A stretch of DNA of 64,000 nucleotides. Source: Nitrosomonadales bacterium (lineage in GTDB: Bacteria; Pseudomonadota; Gammaproteobacteria; Burkholderiales; SG8-39). A program made the translations under genes and the position numbers. The notes under the pieces were generated by a model. The model was given only the letters and a program-made list of their open reading frames with translations, was not told the origin of the DNA and did no database searches. The DNA lies in NCBI GenBank assembly GCA_036676355.1, contig JAKFDA010000054.1, positions 12,316-76,315 of the forward strand, written 5' to 3'. Of the stretch, positions 30,206-38,812 are shown one piece after another (within the stretch, counting starts at the first letter, position 1; each line of letters starts with the position of its first letter).

Positions 30206-30756
30206 AGCGAAGTGAGCAGCATCGGCGTCAGATTGTCGAGCACGATCAATAGAATCTGCGCGACGATAATGACGAACAGCGGCGACAGATCGATGCCGCC
30301 GATAGGCGGAACGACCCGGCGGAATACGCTGTAGAACGGGCGCGTGAGCGCATCGAACACGCCGCTGAATGGATTGTGCGGGCTGACCCAGGACAGAATG
30401 GCGTGCACGATGGTGACCAGGATCACCAGATGCAGTAATGCGCGTGCAAGTTCGAACAGCGGAAGGATCAGGGCGACGCCGAGCGACATGGTCCCGCTGA
30501 TAAGCGCGAATAACAACAGCGTCTTGACGATCAGGGCGACCCAGCCCAGCATCAGCGTGGCGAGGTCCAACCCACCCAGGCCGGGGACCACGCGGCGCAC
30601 CGGGCGCACCGCCCAGTCGGTCAGCGTAATGACGAATTGCCCCAGCGGATTGCGAAACGGCGCGCGACAGCTCTGCATCAGAAAACGCAGCAATACCACG
30701 TACACGAACAGGCCGAATACGGTCTGAATGAGAAAGCTTGCGATCTGACTGAACAT
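30202..30756 (-). CDS. yggT: YggT family membrane protein
   Basis: Start at MFSQIASF (ATG 30756). It has four TM helices with the duplicated YggT pattern (VRPVRRVVPGLGGLDL ... FRRVVPPIGGIDLSPL). Confidence 0.8.
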   Translation of the reverse strand: MFSQIASFLIQTVFGLFVYVVLLRFLMQSCRAPFRNPLGQFVITLTDWAVRPVRRVVPGLGGLDLATLMLGWVALIVKTLLLFALISGTMSLGVALILPLFELARALLHLVILVTIVHAILSWVSPHNPFSGVFDALTRPFYSVFRRVVPPIGGIDLSPLFVIIVAQILLIVLDNLTPMLLTSL

Positions 30757-30811
30757 GTAACTTGATCCTTTTCTTGATTGCGATGGTGCGCCGCTTTTGA
30801 TCGCCGTGCGG

Positions 30812-31624
30812 CTAGTCGCTGCCCAATTCCTCACCCAACTCGATGGCGCGAATGCGCGCCGCGCTTACGGCCTGCACTATAGCGTTGGCCACTTCGTGCT
30901 GCTGGAGGACGGCGAGCGCGCGTTCCGTTGTGCCGCCCTTCGAGGTGACGCGTTCGCGCAGTAGCGACACCGGTTCCGCCGATTGCGCGGCGAGCTCGGT
31001 CGCCCCGCGCATAGTTTGCAGCACCAGTTCGCGTGCGGTTTGTGCGTCCAGCCCGGCTTCGATCGCGGCCTGCTGCATTGCTTCGATGAAATAGAAGACA
31101 TAAGCGGGACCGCTTCCCGACACCGCGGTGACCGCATCGAGCGCTTCTTCCTCGCGCACCCACACGACCTGGCCCACCGCTTCGAGAATGCGCTGTGCTT
31201 GATCGCGTTGCTCGACCGATACCGCTTCGCTCGCATACAGCCCGCTGATACCTTGCCCAATCAATGCAGGCGTATTCGGCATGCAGCGCGCGAGTCGATC
31301 ATGCCCGCCAAGCCAGCGGGCGACATCGCGCAAGCGGATGCCGGCAGCGATGGAAAGGACCAGTTGATCGGAGAGTCGACCGCACAGATCGGCGGTGACC
31401 GCACGTATCTGTTGCGGTTTGACCGCCAGCACGACGGTATCGTCAAGTGACGGCAACTGCTGAACCCTTTCGAAACAGGCGACGCCGAGCGATTCGGACA
31501 GACGCTGACGTACCGCCGGCACGGGGTCGACCACGCGCATGGCCCCGGCATCGAACCCCTTTGCCCGCATGCCGCCGATGAGAGCGGTCGCCATATTGCC
31601 GCCGCCGATGAAGGTGATGTTCAT
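30812..31624 (-). CDS. proC: Pyrroline-5-carboxylate reductase
   Basis: An MNITFIGGGNMA Rossmann N-terminus and the motif TSKGGTTE are present. Confidence 0.92.
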   Translation of the reverse strand: MNITFIGGGNMATALIGGMRAKGFDAGAMRVVDPVPAVRQRLSESLGVACFERVQQLPSLDDTVVLAVKPQQIRAVTADLCGRLSDQLVLSIAAGIRLRDVARWLGGHDRLARCMPNTPALIGQGISGLYASEAVSVEQRDQAQRILEAVGQVVWVREEEALDAVTAVSGSGPAYVFYFIEAMQQAAIEAGLDAQTARELVLQTMRGATELAAQSAEPVSLLRERVTSKGGTTERALAVLQQHEVANAIVQAVSAARIRAIELGEELGSD

Positions 31625-31760
31625 GGTTGCTCAATGCCTGAATAAGTGAGAATGGCGATCGCAAATGGATTAAGCGATCCGGGCGCCGACGGACATAACG
31701 ATACCCTGCCGCCGTTCACTCTTGCGATGCTGCGTGCCGCGAAATGCTGAACGGGTTTGC

Positions 31761-32456
31761 TCAACTCGGTTGCGCCGGGCGGGCGCCAAAAATCGCGGTG
31801 CCGACGCGGACCATCGTCGATCCGGCCGCAATCGCGATTTCGAAATCGTCGGACATGCCCATCGACAGTGTGTCCAGCGCGATGCCCTGATCTTGCAGAG
31901 AGTCGCGCAGTTGCGCCAGCGACGCGAAGCGCCGGCGCGTCAGCTCGCGGTCCGGCGTCGGCTCCGGAATCGCCATCAGGCCGCGCAGCCGCAGGCGCGG
32001 CAACGCAGCCACGGCACGCGAGAGTTCGGCCACCTCTTCGGGCGCCACGCCGCTCTTGCTGACCTCGCCGCTTATATTCACCTGCACACACACGTTCAGT
32101 GGCTGCATGTCGGCCGGCCGTTGCGCCGACAAGCGCTCGGCCACCTTCAGACGATCGATCGAGTGTACCCAATCGAAGCGCTCGCCGATGGCGCGTGTCT
32201 TGTTGCTCTGTATCGGTCCGACGAAATGCCAGCAGATCCGCAAGTCCGCCAAGGCCGCCATTTTGTCGAGCGCTTCCTGCACGTAGCTCTCGCCGAAATC
32301 GCGTTGGCCGGCGGCATACGCTGCGCGCAGCGCGTCGGCGCCGTGGCCTTTACTGATCGCGACGAGAACTATGTCACGTGCATATCCATCGGAAGCGGCG
32401 CGGGCCGCGTCAATGCGTGACTTCACAACTTGCAGCCGATTTTTCATTGTGTCCAT
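31761..32456 (-). CDS. yggS: YggS family pyridoxal-phosphate homeostasis protein
   Basis: It has the PLP-lysine region LVAISKGHG and the conserved WHFVGPIQSNK and LSMGMSDDFEIAI motifs. The start is ambiguous (32486, 32456 or 32447). Confidence 0.88.
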   Translation of the reverse strand: MDTMKNRLQVVKSRIDAARAASDGYARDIVLVAISKGHGADALRAAYAAGQRDFGESYVQEALDKMAALADLRICWHFVGPIQSNKTRAIGERFDWVHSIDRLKVAERLSAQRPADMQPLNVCVQVNISGEVSKSGVAPEEVAELSRAVAALPRLRLRGLMAIPEPTPDRELTRRRFASLAQLRDSLQDQGIALDTLSMGMSDDFEIAIAAGSTMVRVGTAIFGARPAQPS

Positions 32457-32543
32457 AATCGACGCGCCCGCGCTTGGGGCGCTCATTTCGGCGCTCGAGT
32501 CGCGTTATGCACGGCCACGAGGCTTCAAGGAAAAAAGAATTAT

Positions 32544-33587
32544 ATGGATATCTCCGAGCTACTCGCATTCGTCGTCAAGAACAAAGCCTCCGACCTGCAC
32601 CTGTCCGCCGGCCTGCCGCCGATGATCCGCGTCCATGGCGATGTGCGGCGTATCAACCTGCCGCCGCTGGAGCACAAGGATGTGCACGGCATGATTTACG
32701 ACATCATGAATGACGCCCAGCGCAAGCATTACGAAGAAAATCTGGAGTGCGATTTTTCCTTCGCGATCGGCGGTCTGGCGCGCTTTCGCGTCAATGCCTT
32801 CGTTCAGCAGCGCGGCGCGGCGGCGGTCATGCGGACGATTCCGAGCAAGGTGCTGTCGCTCGAAGAGCTCAACGCGCCGAAGATTTTCGGCGAGATCGCG
32901 CAACAGCCGCGCGGCATCGTGCTGGTCACCGGACCGACCGGCTCGGGCAAGTCCACGACCCTCGCCGCCATGATCAACCAGATCAACGACAACGATTATG
33001 GCCACATCCTCACCATCGAGGATCCGATCGAATTCGTGCATGAATCGAAAAAATGCCTGATCAACCAGCGTGAAGTCGGGCCGCACACCCTGTCGTTTTC
33101 CAATGCGCTGCGCAGCGCGCTGCGTGAGGATCCGGACGTCATCCTGGTCGGCGAATTGCGCGATCTGGAAACCATTCGTCTTGCGTTGACAGGCGCCGAA
33201 ACGGGCCACTTGGTATTCGGTACGCTGCACACCAGTTCGGCAGCCAAGACCATCGACCGGATCGTCGACGTGTTCCCCGCAGCCGAAAAAGAAATGGTGC
33301 GGGCGATGCTATCCGAGAGCCTCCGCGCGGTGATTTCGCAGACGCTGCTGAAAACCAAGGACGGCGCGAGCCGCGTCGCCGCGCATGAAATCATGATCGG
33401 CACGCCGGCGATCCGGAACCTGATCCGCGAGAACAAGGTCGCGCAAATGTATTCCTCCATCCAGACGGGCCAGCAATACGGCATGCAGACGCTGGATCAG
33501 AACCTGCAGGAACTGGTTAAACGAAACGTCGTCAGCGTTGCCGAGGCGCGCAACAAGGCGGCGAACAAAGATAACTTCATGGGCTGA
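32544..33587 (+). CDS. pilT: Type IV pilus retraction ATPase PilT
   Basis: MDISELLAFVVKNKASDLHLSAG N-terminus, Walker A GPTGSGKST, and the GTLHTSSAAKTIDRI motif. Confidence 0.93.
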   Translation: MDISELLAFVVKNKASDLHLSAGLPPMIRVHGDVRRINLPPLEHKDVHGMIYDIMNDAQRKHYEENLECDFSFAIGGLARFRVNAFVQQRGAAAVMRTIPSKVLSLEELNAPKIFGEIAQQPRGIVLVTGPTGSGKSTTLAAMINQINDNDYGHILTIEDPIEFVHESKKCLINQREVGPHTLSFSNALRSALREDPDVILVGELRDLETIRLALTGAETGHLVFGTLHTSSAAKTIDRIVDVFPAAEKEMVRAMLSESLRAVISQTLLKTKDGASRVAAHEIMIGTPAIRNLIRENKVAQMYSSIQTGQQYGMQTLDQNLQELVKRNVVSVAEARNKAANKDNFMG

Positions 33588-33693
33588 CGCCTGGGGATGG
33601 ATTGCGCCACCGCCCGAGGATTGCGGGCGGGCCAGACCAAGGGCGTCGGGCGACCGTCGCGACCCAGCTCGTAAGCCGGAAACAGGAAAATCG

Positions 33694-34833
33694 ATGGAAC
33701 GCGAACAGGCAAGCAAATTCATTAACGACCTCCTGCGCCTGATGGTGAGCAAGAAGGCGTCCGACCTGTTCATTACGGTCGGGTTTCCTCCGGCCATCAA
33801 GCTCGACGGGCGCATGACGCCGGTATCGCAACAGCCGTTGTCGATGCAACATACGGTCGAACTTGTACGCGCGATCATGAACGACCGGCAGGCAGCCGAG
33901 TTCGAGGCGACCAAGGAATGTCAGTTCGCCATCAGTCCGGGTGGCATCGGTCGTTTTCGCGTCAGCGCCTTCGTGCAGCAAGGCCATGTCGGCATGGTGT
34001 TGCGCACCATCAATTCGGAAATCCCGACCATCGAAGGGCTGGGTCTGCCGTCCGTGCTCAAGGACCTTTCGTTGTCCAAGCGCGGACTGGTGATCATGGT
34101 CGGTGCGACCGGCTCCGGCAAATCGACCTCGCTGGCGGCAATGATCGGCCATCGCAACGAGAACTCCTACGGCCATATCATCACCATTGAAGACCCGGTC
34201 GAGTACGTCCATCCGCACCGGAATTGCCTCGTCACGCAGCGCGAAGTCGGCGTCGATACCGATTCGTGGGAAACCGCGCTGAAGAACACGCTGCGTCAGG
34301 CGCCGGATGTGATTCTCATGGGTGAAGTCCGCGATCGCGAGACCATGGATTACGCCATTGCGTTCGCCGAAACGGGCCACCTCTGCATGGCGACCCTGCA
34401 CGCGAACAGCGCCAACCAGGCGCTAGACCGCATCATCAACTTTTTCCCCGAGGAGCGCCGTTCGCAGCTGCTGATGGACCTGTCGCTCAACCTGCGCGGC
34501 ATGGTTTCGCAACGGCTGATTCCGCTGCGCGAGGGCAAGGGGCGTGTCCCCGCAGTCGAAGTGATGCTGAACTCGCCGCTCATTGCGGATCTGGTTTTCA
34601 AAGGCGAGGTGCACGAGATCAAGGAGATCATGAAGCGCTCACGCGAACTCGGCATGCAGACCTTCGACCAGCATCTGTTCGATCTTTATGATACCGGCGT
34701 GATCAGCTATGAAGACGCGCTGCGCAATGCGGATTCGGTGAACGACCTGCGACTGCAGATCAAGCTGCACTCCACCGAAGCGAAGAACCGCGACATCACC
34801 AAGGGTATCGAACACCTCGATATCGTCAAATGA
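33694..34833 (+). CDS. pilU: PilT-paralogue ATPase PilU
   Basis: Start at MEREQASKFINDLL (ATG 33694). Walker A GATGSGKST and ATLHANSANQALDRI are present, and it lies directly downstream of pilT. Confidence 0.9.
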   Translation: MEREQASKFINDLLRLMVSKKASDLFITVGFPPAIKLDGRMTPVSQQPLSMQHTVELVRAIMNDRQAAEFEATKECQFAISPGGIGRFRVSAFVQQGHVGMVLRTINSEIPTIEGLGLPSVLKDLSLSKRGLVIMVGATGSGKSTSLAAMIGHRNENSYGHIITIEDPVEYVHPHRNCLVTQREVGVDTDSWETALKNTLRQAPDVILMGEVRDRETMDYAIAFAETGHLCMATLHANSANQALDRIINFFPEERRSQLLMDLSLNLRGMVSQRLIPLREGKGRVPAVEVMLNSPLIADLVFKGEVHEIKEIMKRSRELGMQTFDQHLFDLYDTGVISYEDALRNADSVNDLRLQIKLHSTEAKNRDITKGIEHLDIVK

Positions 34834-34915
34834 GCCGAGAGCCGAGAGCGGACAGCGGAGAAGCGGAAAAGCGGAGAAGCGGAAAAGCGGAGAAGCGGAA
34901 AAGCGGAGAAGCGCG
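34834..34915 (+). repeat. T-free purine-rich tandem repeat filling the whole convergent intergenic spacer
   Basis: GCCGAGA x2, GCGGACA, GCGGAGA, then 3 copies of the 16-mer AGCGGAAAAGCGGAGA (34862-34909), ending AGCGCG. There is no T on the + strand for 82 nt. Confidence 0.9.
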
Positions 34916-36127
34916 TTAGGCGGGTTTGTCGTGCTCGCGCTCATGCGAATCCAGCGCTGTCACATCCACCGCATCGGCCGGCTTGCGGCGCATCGAGCCC
35001 GCCACGATCCGATACTCGAACAGCCGACATTCCAGCGCGCCGTTGTACAGCGGCGTGCGTTTGCTGGCTTTCAGTCCGATGCGCTTGGGGAGCTGCATGT
35101 CGGCGCTGAAGAAGTAGCAACGCCAACCCGCGTAACGCGCCTTCAGCACGTCGCCGAGTTGCGGGTAGAACGCTTCCAGCGCATCGGTTTCGCCCAGACG
35201 TTTGCCATAGGGCGGATTGGTCACCAGCACGCCGTTCGCCGCCGGAGGCGGCAATTCCAGCACATTCGCCTGTTTCAACTGCACGTGCTGCTCCAGGCCC
35301 GCCGCCGCCAATGTCGCCTTGGTGGTTTTCAAGGCATCGCCGTACAGGTCGGCACCGAAAAATGGCACGGGGCTTTCGGTTCGCACACGGGCTTGCGCGG
35401 CGTCGCGCACGGATTGCCAGGCTTTTGCATCGAAGGACTTCAGTTTTTCGAAGCCGAAGTGTCGACGTGATCCCGGTGCGATATTCAGCGCGATCTGGAC
35501 GGCTTCCGCGAGCAATGTGCCGGAGCCGCACATCGGATCGAGCAGCGGCTCGTCGGCTTGCCAGCCGGTGAGCAGGATGATGCCGGCGGCCAGATTTTCC
35601 TTGAGCGGCGCCTCGCCCGGATCGCGACGATAGCCGCGTTTGTAAAGGGGTTCGCCCGACGTGTCGAGATAGAGGATGCACTGCCGCTCATCGAGAAAAC
35701 CGGCAACGCGTATGCTCGGTGCGCGCGTATCGACATCGGGGCGGCTACCGACTTCGTCCCTGAAGCGGTCGCACACCGCATCCTTGATGCGCAGGGTGGC
35801 GAAATCCAGGCTCCGCAACGGCGAGCGGATCGCGTTCAGATCGACGCGGATGCTGTTGCGGACGTCGAAGTGTGTGTGCCATGCCACCTCGCGCGCAATG
35901 GCATACACATCGTGTTCGGTCCGGTAGTCCGCCTGCGAGACCTGCAACAGAATCCGCGTCGCGGTACGGCTTTCGAGATTCGCGCGATAACAGACGCGCC
36001 AGTCGCCGCTGAACTTCACGCCACCGCCTACCGCTTCGATCTGCCCGGCTCCGATGGCTTGTAGTTCATGGGCCAGGACGGGTTCGAGCCCGCGTGGACA
36101 AGTGGCAAAGAAGGAATGCGTGGACAT
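34916..36127 (-). CDS. THUMP-domain class I SAM-dependent RNA methyltransferase (RlmL/UPF0020-like)
   Basis: Start at MSTHSFFATCPRGLE. It has the SAM motif DPMCGSGTLLAEA and the catalytic LVTNPPYG motif. Confidence 0.8.
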   Translation of the reverse strand: MSTHSFFATCPRGLEPVLAHELQAIGAGQIEAVGGGVKFSGDWRVCYRANLESRTATRILLQVSQADYRTEHDVYAIAREVAWHTHFDVRNSIRVDLNAIRSPLRSLDFATLRIKDAVCDRFRDEVGSRPDVDTRAPSIRVAGFLDERQCILYLDTSGEPLYKRGYRRDPGEAPLKENLAAGIILLTGWQADEPLLDPMCGSGTLLAEAVQIALNIAPGSRRHFGFEKLKSFDAKAWQSVRDAAQARVRTESPVPFFGADLYGDALKTTKATLAAAGLEQHVQLKQANVLELPPPAANGVLVTNPPYGKRLGETDALEAFYPQLGDVLKARYAGWRCYFFSADMQLPKRIGLKASKRTPLYNGALECRLFEYRIVAGSMRRKPADAVDVTALDSHEREHDKPA

Positions 36128-36196
36128 CGGGAGGAATGGGCGTGCGAGGCGGGCAAGCCTAGCACAGCGTATCGCGGACACGGCGGCGCGAGTCCA

Positions 36197-36224
36197 TAAA
36201 AAAGGCCGCCCGCAGGCGGCCTTT
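36197..36224 (-). terminator. Rho-independent terminator downstream of the PEP-CTERM gene
   Basis: The minus strand reads GGCCGCC-TGCG-GGCGGCC followed by TTTTTT: a 7-bp GC stem, 4-nt loop and 6-T run. It starts 17 nt after the stop at 36241. Confidence 0.7.
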
Positions 36225-36240
36225 CATCAAGGTGATGCTG

Positions 36241-37050
36241 TTACTTGTTACGGCGGCGCGAGAAACCGAGGGCGCCGAGGCCGAGACCGAGCAGCGCAAG
36301 CATGCCGGGCTCGGGGATTTGCTGCGCGGTGATCGTGAAGAAGGTCTCCAGTGTGCTGGTCGCGTTTTCCTGGGTCAGGAAACCGATACAACCGGCTGCG
36401 GCACCAACCGCCGCGCAAGCGTCCGCGGCTAACGGGCCAAGACCCACCGCATCGATCTGAACGGTGTACTCGAAGTCGTCGATGGTGAACTGAATCTGAC
36501 CGAGTACACCGGGATTGCTGAGCACGAAGATGTCACGGCAGCCGTCGGGATTGTCCGCATCGCCGGATACGCCGCCTCCAGCGCAGACACCACCTACGCC
36601 ACCGGCATTCGGCGTTTCGGCGAACAGGATTTCAAATTCCAGCGTCGGCGCGTCGAAGTCCGGACCGGGCGCGGGCAGAAGTGGCGTCAGTCGCAGCGCG
36701 TCGCTCAGTATCGCCGTGTCGAGCGAATTATCGAGTGCGATCGGGAAGTTGTTGTGCGTTAGCGGCACACCCGGGACCTGCGCGCCGTTGGTGTTGACCA
36801 CCCCGATTACCGGACTGTCGGCGACCAGGCTGCTGGAATTGTTCGGACCCCAGCTCAGCGTGGTCGGCAATCCGAGTATCACGCCGGAATTACCGGAAGA
36901 ATCGATGACGGTGCCGCCTTCACCGGTGAAAGCCGAGAATCCGGCTTCGTTGTTGTAAGTCCACTGTGTGATCAGTACCGCGTGGGCGGTTCCGATGGAC
37001 AGGGCGCCCACGGTCAACGCGGCCGCCAGTTGTTTCAACATTCGCTTCAT
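36241..37050 (-). CDS. Secreted PEP-CTERM-anchored protein (THxN-like family)
   Basis: Signal peptide MKRMLKQLAAALTVGALSIGTAHA. The C-terminus IPEPGMLALLGLGLGALGFSRRRNK has PEP, a TM helix and a basic tail. It also has an internal PLTHNNFP motif, four Cys residues, and a GGAGGA SD. Confidence 0.85.
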   Translation of the reverse strand: MKRMLKQLAAALTVGALSIGTAHAVLITQWTYNNEAGFSAFTGEGGTVIDSSGNSGVILGLPTTLSWGPNNSSSLVADSPVIGVVNTNGAQVPGVPLTHNNFPIALDNSLDTAILSDALRLTPLLPAPGPDFDAPTLEFEILFAETPNAGGVGGVCAGGGVSGDADNPDGCRDIFVLSNPGVLGQIQFTIDDFEYTVQIDAVGLGPLAADACAAVGAAAGCIGFLTQENATSTLETFFTITAQQIPEPGMLALLGLGLGALGFSRRRNK

Positions 37051-37126
37051 TCCATCCTCCGGTTAGTAAGTTCGAACCTTGAGTCCCCCCATGAGACTCG
37101 TCCGAGTACTTCTTGCGGTGGGGAAT

Positions 37127-37142
37127 TGCAGCGACCGTGCCG
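37127..37142 (-). promoter_or_regulatory. Candidate sigma-54 (-24/-12) promoter for the PEP-CTERM gene
   Basis: The minus strand reads cGGCACG-GTCG-cTGCA against the consensus TGGCACG-N4-TTGCW. The GG-N10-GC spacing is exact, and the element lies about 77-92 nt upstream of the ATG. Confidence 0.45.
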
Positions 37143-37161
37143 GCGTTGGAAAATTTCGTTA

Positions 37162-37174
37162 TATCAACACGTTG
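37162..37174 (+). promoter_or_regulatory. Candidate IHF binding site upstream of the sigma-54 element
   Basis: TATCAACACGTTG matches WATCAANNNNTTR at every specified position. It is embedded in the only AT-rich stretch of the region (37147-37200). Confidence 0.4.
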
Positions 37175-37416
37175 AGTGAATTTTTTCTATGAGAATCGAT
37201 GCGCCGTCGGCATGTTGCGACGGGTCCGTAAACCAGACCGACACTGCTGGACCCGGAGCGAGCCCGGCCGCCCGCAGACGATCTGCGTCAAGCCGGCCAG
37301 GGCGCTTTCCGATGTGAGCAAGTCGGCACATGGGGGAACAAGGTCGGTCTTCGGCGGTTTTGGCGCCGTCATCGCTTGCGCCGCCCTGAAGGCGCCGTAA
37401 GAGCGGGCGACAATTT

Positions 37417-37830
37417 CTAGAAAGGCTTAACCACGACCAGTATCACGATCGCGAGAAGGAGGAGGACCGGAAACTCGTTGAACCAGCGAAACCACACATG
37501 GCTTTTTCGATTGCGGCCGTGCTTGAAATCGCGCAGCAGGCGACCGCACCACAGGTGATACGCGATGAGCAGCGCAACGAGTGCGAGCTTGGCATGCAGC
37601 CAGCCCCCGCTGAAGTCGTAGCCGAGCCATAACCACACACCGAATACGACGGCAAGCACGGCGCTTGGCGTCATGATGCCGAAGTAGAGTTTGCGCTCCA
37701 TGATCTTGAAGCGCTCGATGCTCGCGCCGTCTTCGGCCATGGCGTGATAGACGTACAGCCGCGGCAGATAGAACAGACCGGCGAACCAGGTCACGATGAA
37801 CACGATATGCAGCGCCTTGATCCACAGCAT
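37417..37830 (-). CDS. hemJ: Protoporphyrinogen IX oxidase HemJ (UPF0093/CopD-like)
   Basis: The start is taken at MLWIKALHIVFIVTWFAGLFYLPRLYVYH, the canonical HemJ N-terminus, and the protein has four TM helices. Confidence 0.85.
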   Translation of the reverse strand: MLWIKALHIVFIVTWFAGLFYLPRLYVYHAMAEDGASIERFKIMERKLYFGIMTPSAVLAVVFGVWLWLGYDFSGGWLHAKLALVALLIAYHLWCGRLLRDFKHGRNRKSHVWFRWFNEFPVLLLLAIVILVVVKPF

Positions 37831-37901
37831 CGTCGCAAGTCTCCTATGCAAGCGTCCGGCTCGAAAGTCCGGGGCGCTTCATGGTCTGAGGGAATACGGC
37901 T

Positions 37902-38678
37902 CTATTTCATCAAACGGCGCTTGAACAGTACCAGTGCGGCGTAAAAACCCGCCGCGGCGTAGGCGAGCAGCGCCGCAACGTGCAGGAGCGCATGCGCCGG
38001 CCATTCGCCGAAGAGCAAGGGGCGCACGAGTTGCGTTGCATGCGACAGCGGCAATGTCTGGCTGAACAATTGCAGCGCATACGGCAGCGCGTCCATCGGG
38101 TAGAACACCCCGCATAGCATCGCCATCGGTGTGATGAACAGCGTGAAGTAGTACATGAAAAAATCGTAGGACGGCGACAATGCCGTGACCGCGAGCCCGA
38201 GCGCCGCGAAGGCAAGGCCGATCACCGGGATCACCGCCAGCGCCCAAATCGAAAGCGGCGATTGCGCCAAGCCCAGCGCCCACACCACCAGCATGATGGC
38301 GAGTCCGGAAAGAAAGCTCTTGCTCGCGGCCCAGATCAGTTCGCCCAGCACCACGTCTTCCAGTGTAAGCGGCGCGTTGAGGATCGCATCCCAGGTGCGC
38401 TGTACGTGCATGCGCGAGAAAGCCGAGTAGAGTGACTCGAAGGTCGCGCTGTTGGCGGTCGAAAAGCACACCGTCCCGGCCGCCAGAAAGGCGATGTACG
38501 GCACTCCGCCGACGCTCGGCAGAAATGCTCCCAGTCCATAACCGAGTCCGAGCATGTAGATCATCGGGTCGGCCAGATTGCCCAGCACCGAAGGAAGCGC
38601 GAGCTTCCGCCACACCAGAAAGTTGCGCCGCCAGACGGGGAGAAAGCGCCAGCTCAGACGAAAAGCGAAGGGGCTCAT
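37902..38678 (-). CDS. ABC-2 type transporter permease (NodJ/YadH-like)
   Basis: It has six TM helices and a WRRNFLVWRK N-terminal motif. The start is taken at MSPFAF (38678); a TTG at 38702 is also possible. Confidence 0.8.
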   Translation of the reverse strand: MSPFAFRLSWRFLPVWRRNFLVWRKLALPSVLGNLADPMIYMLGLGYGLGAFLPSVGGVPYIAFLAAGTVCFSTANSATFESLYSAFSRMHVQRTWDAILNAPLTLEDVVLGELIWAASKSFLSGLAIMLVVWALGLAQSPLSIWALAVIPVIGLAFAALGLAVTALSPSYDFFMYYFTLFITPMAMLCGVFYPMDALPYALQLFSQTLPLSHATQLVRPLLFGEWPAHALLHVAALLAYAAAGFYAALVLFKRRLMK

Positions 38679-38812
38679 TGCCGCTTGAGAGACTTCGATC
38701 AAGGTCTTTCGACCATGGCTATCGCGCGCCCAGGGCGAAAGAGCCGCTGAATTTCTTTGCGCACATTACCGCTGGAGGCGGCCCCGGCTGTACTCGGCAT
38801 TCCGAAATCCTT

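Noticed and set aside
34834-34915. A possible CRISPR array or coding repeat.
   Set aside because: The units are 7-16 bp and abut directly with no unique spacers, so this is not CRISPR. The overlapping minus-strand ORF (34639-34944) has no start context and is antisense to the pilU 3' end.
37176-37400. Small ORFs (74 aa on +, 61 aa on -) in the 366-bp region between hemJ and the PEP-CTERM gene.
   Set aside because: Neither has an SD or a recognisable domain. The region is better explained as the regulatory region (dyad, IHF, sigma54) of the PEP-CTERM gene. A small protein cannot be excluded without ribosome-profiling data.
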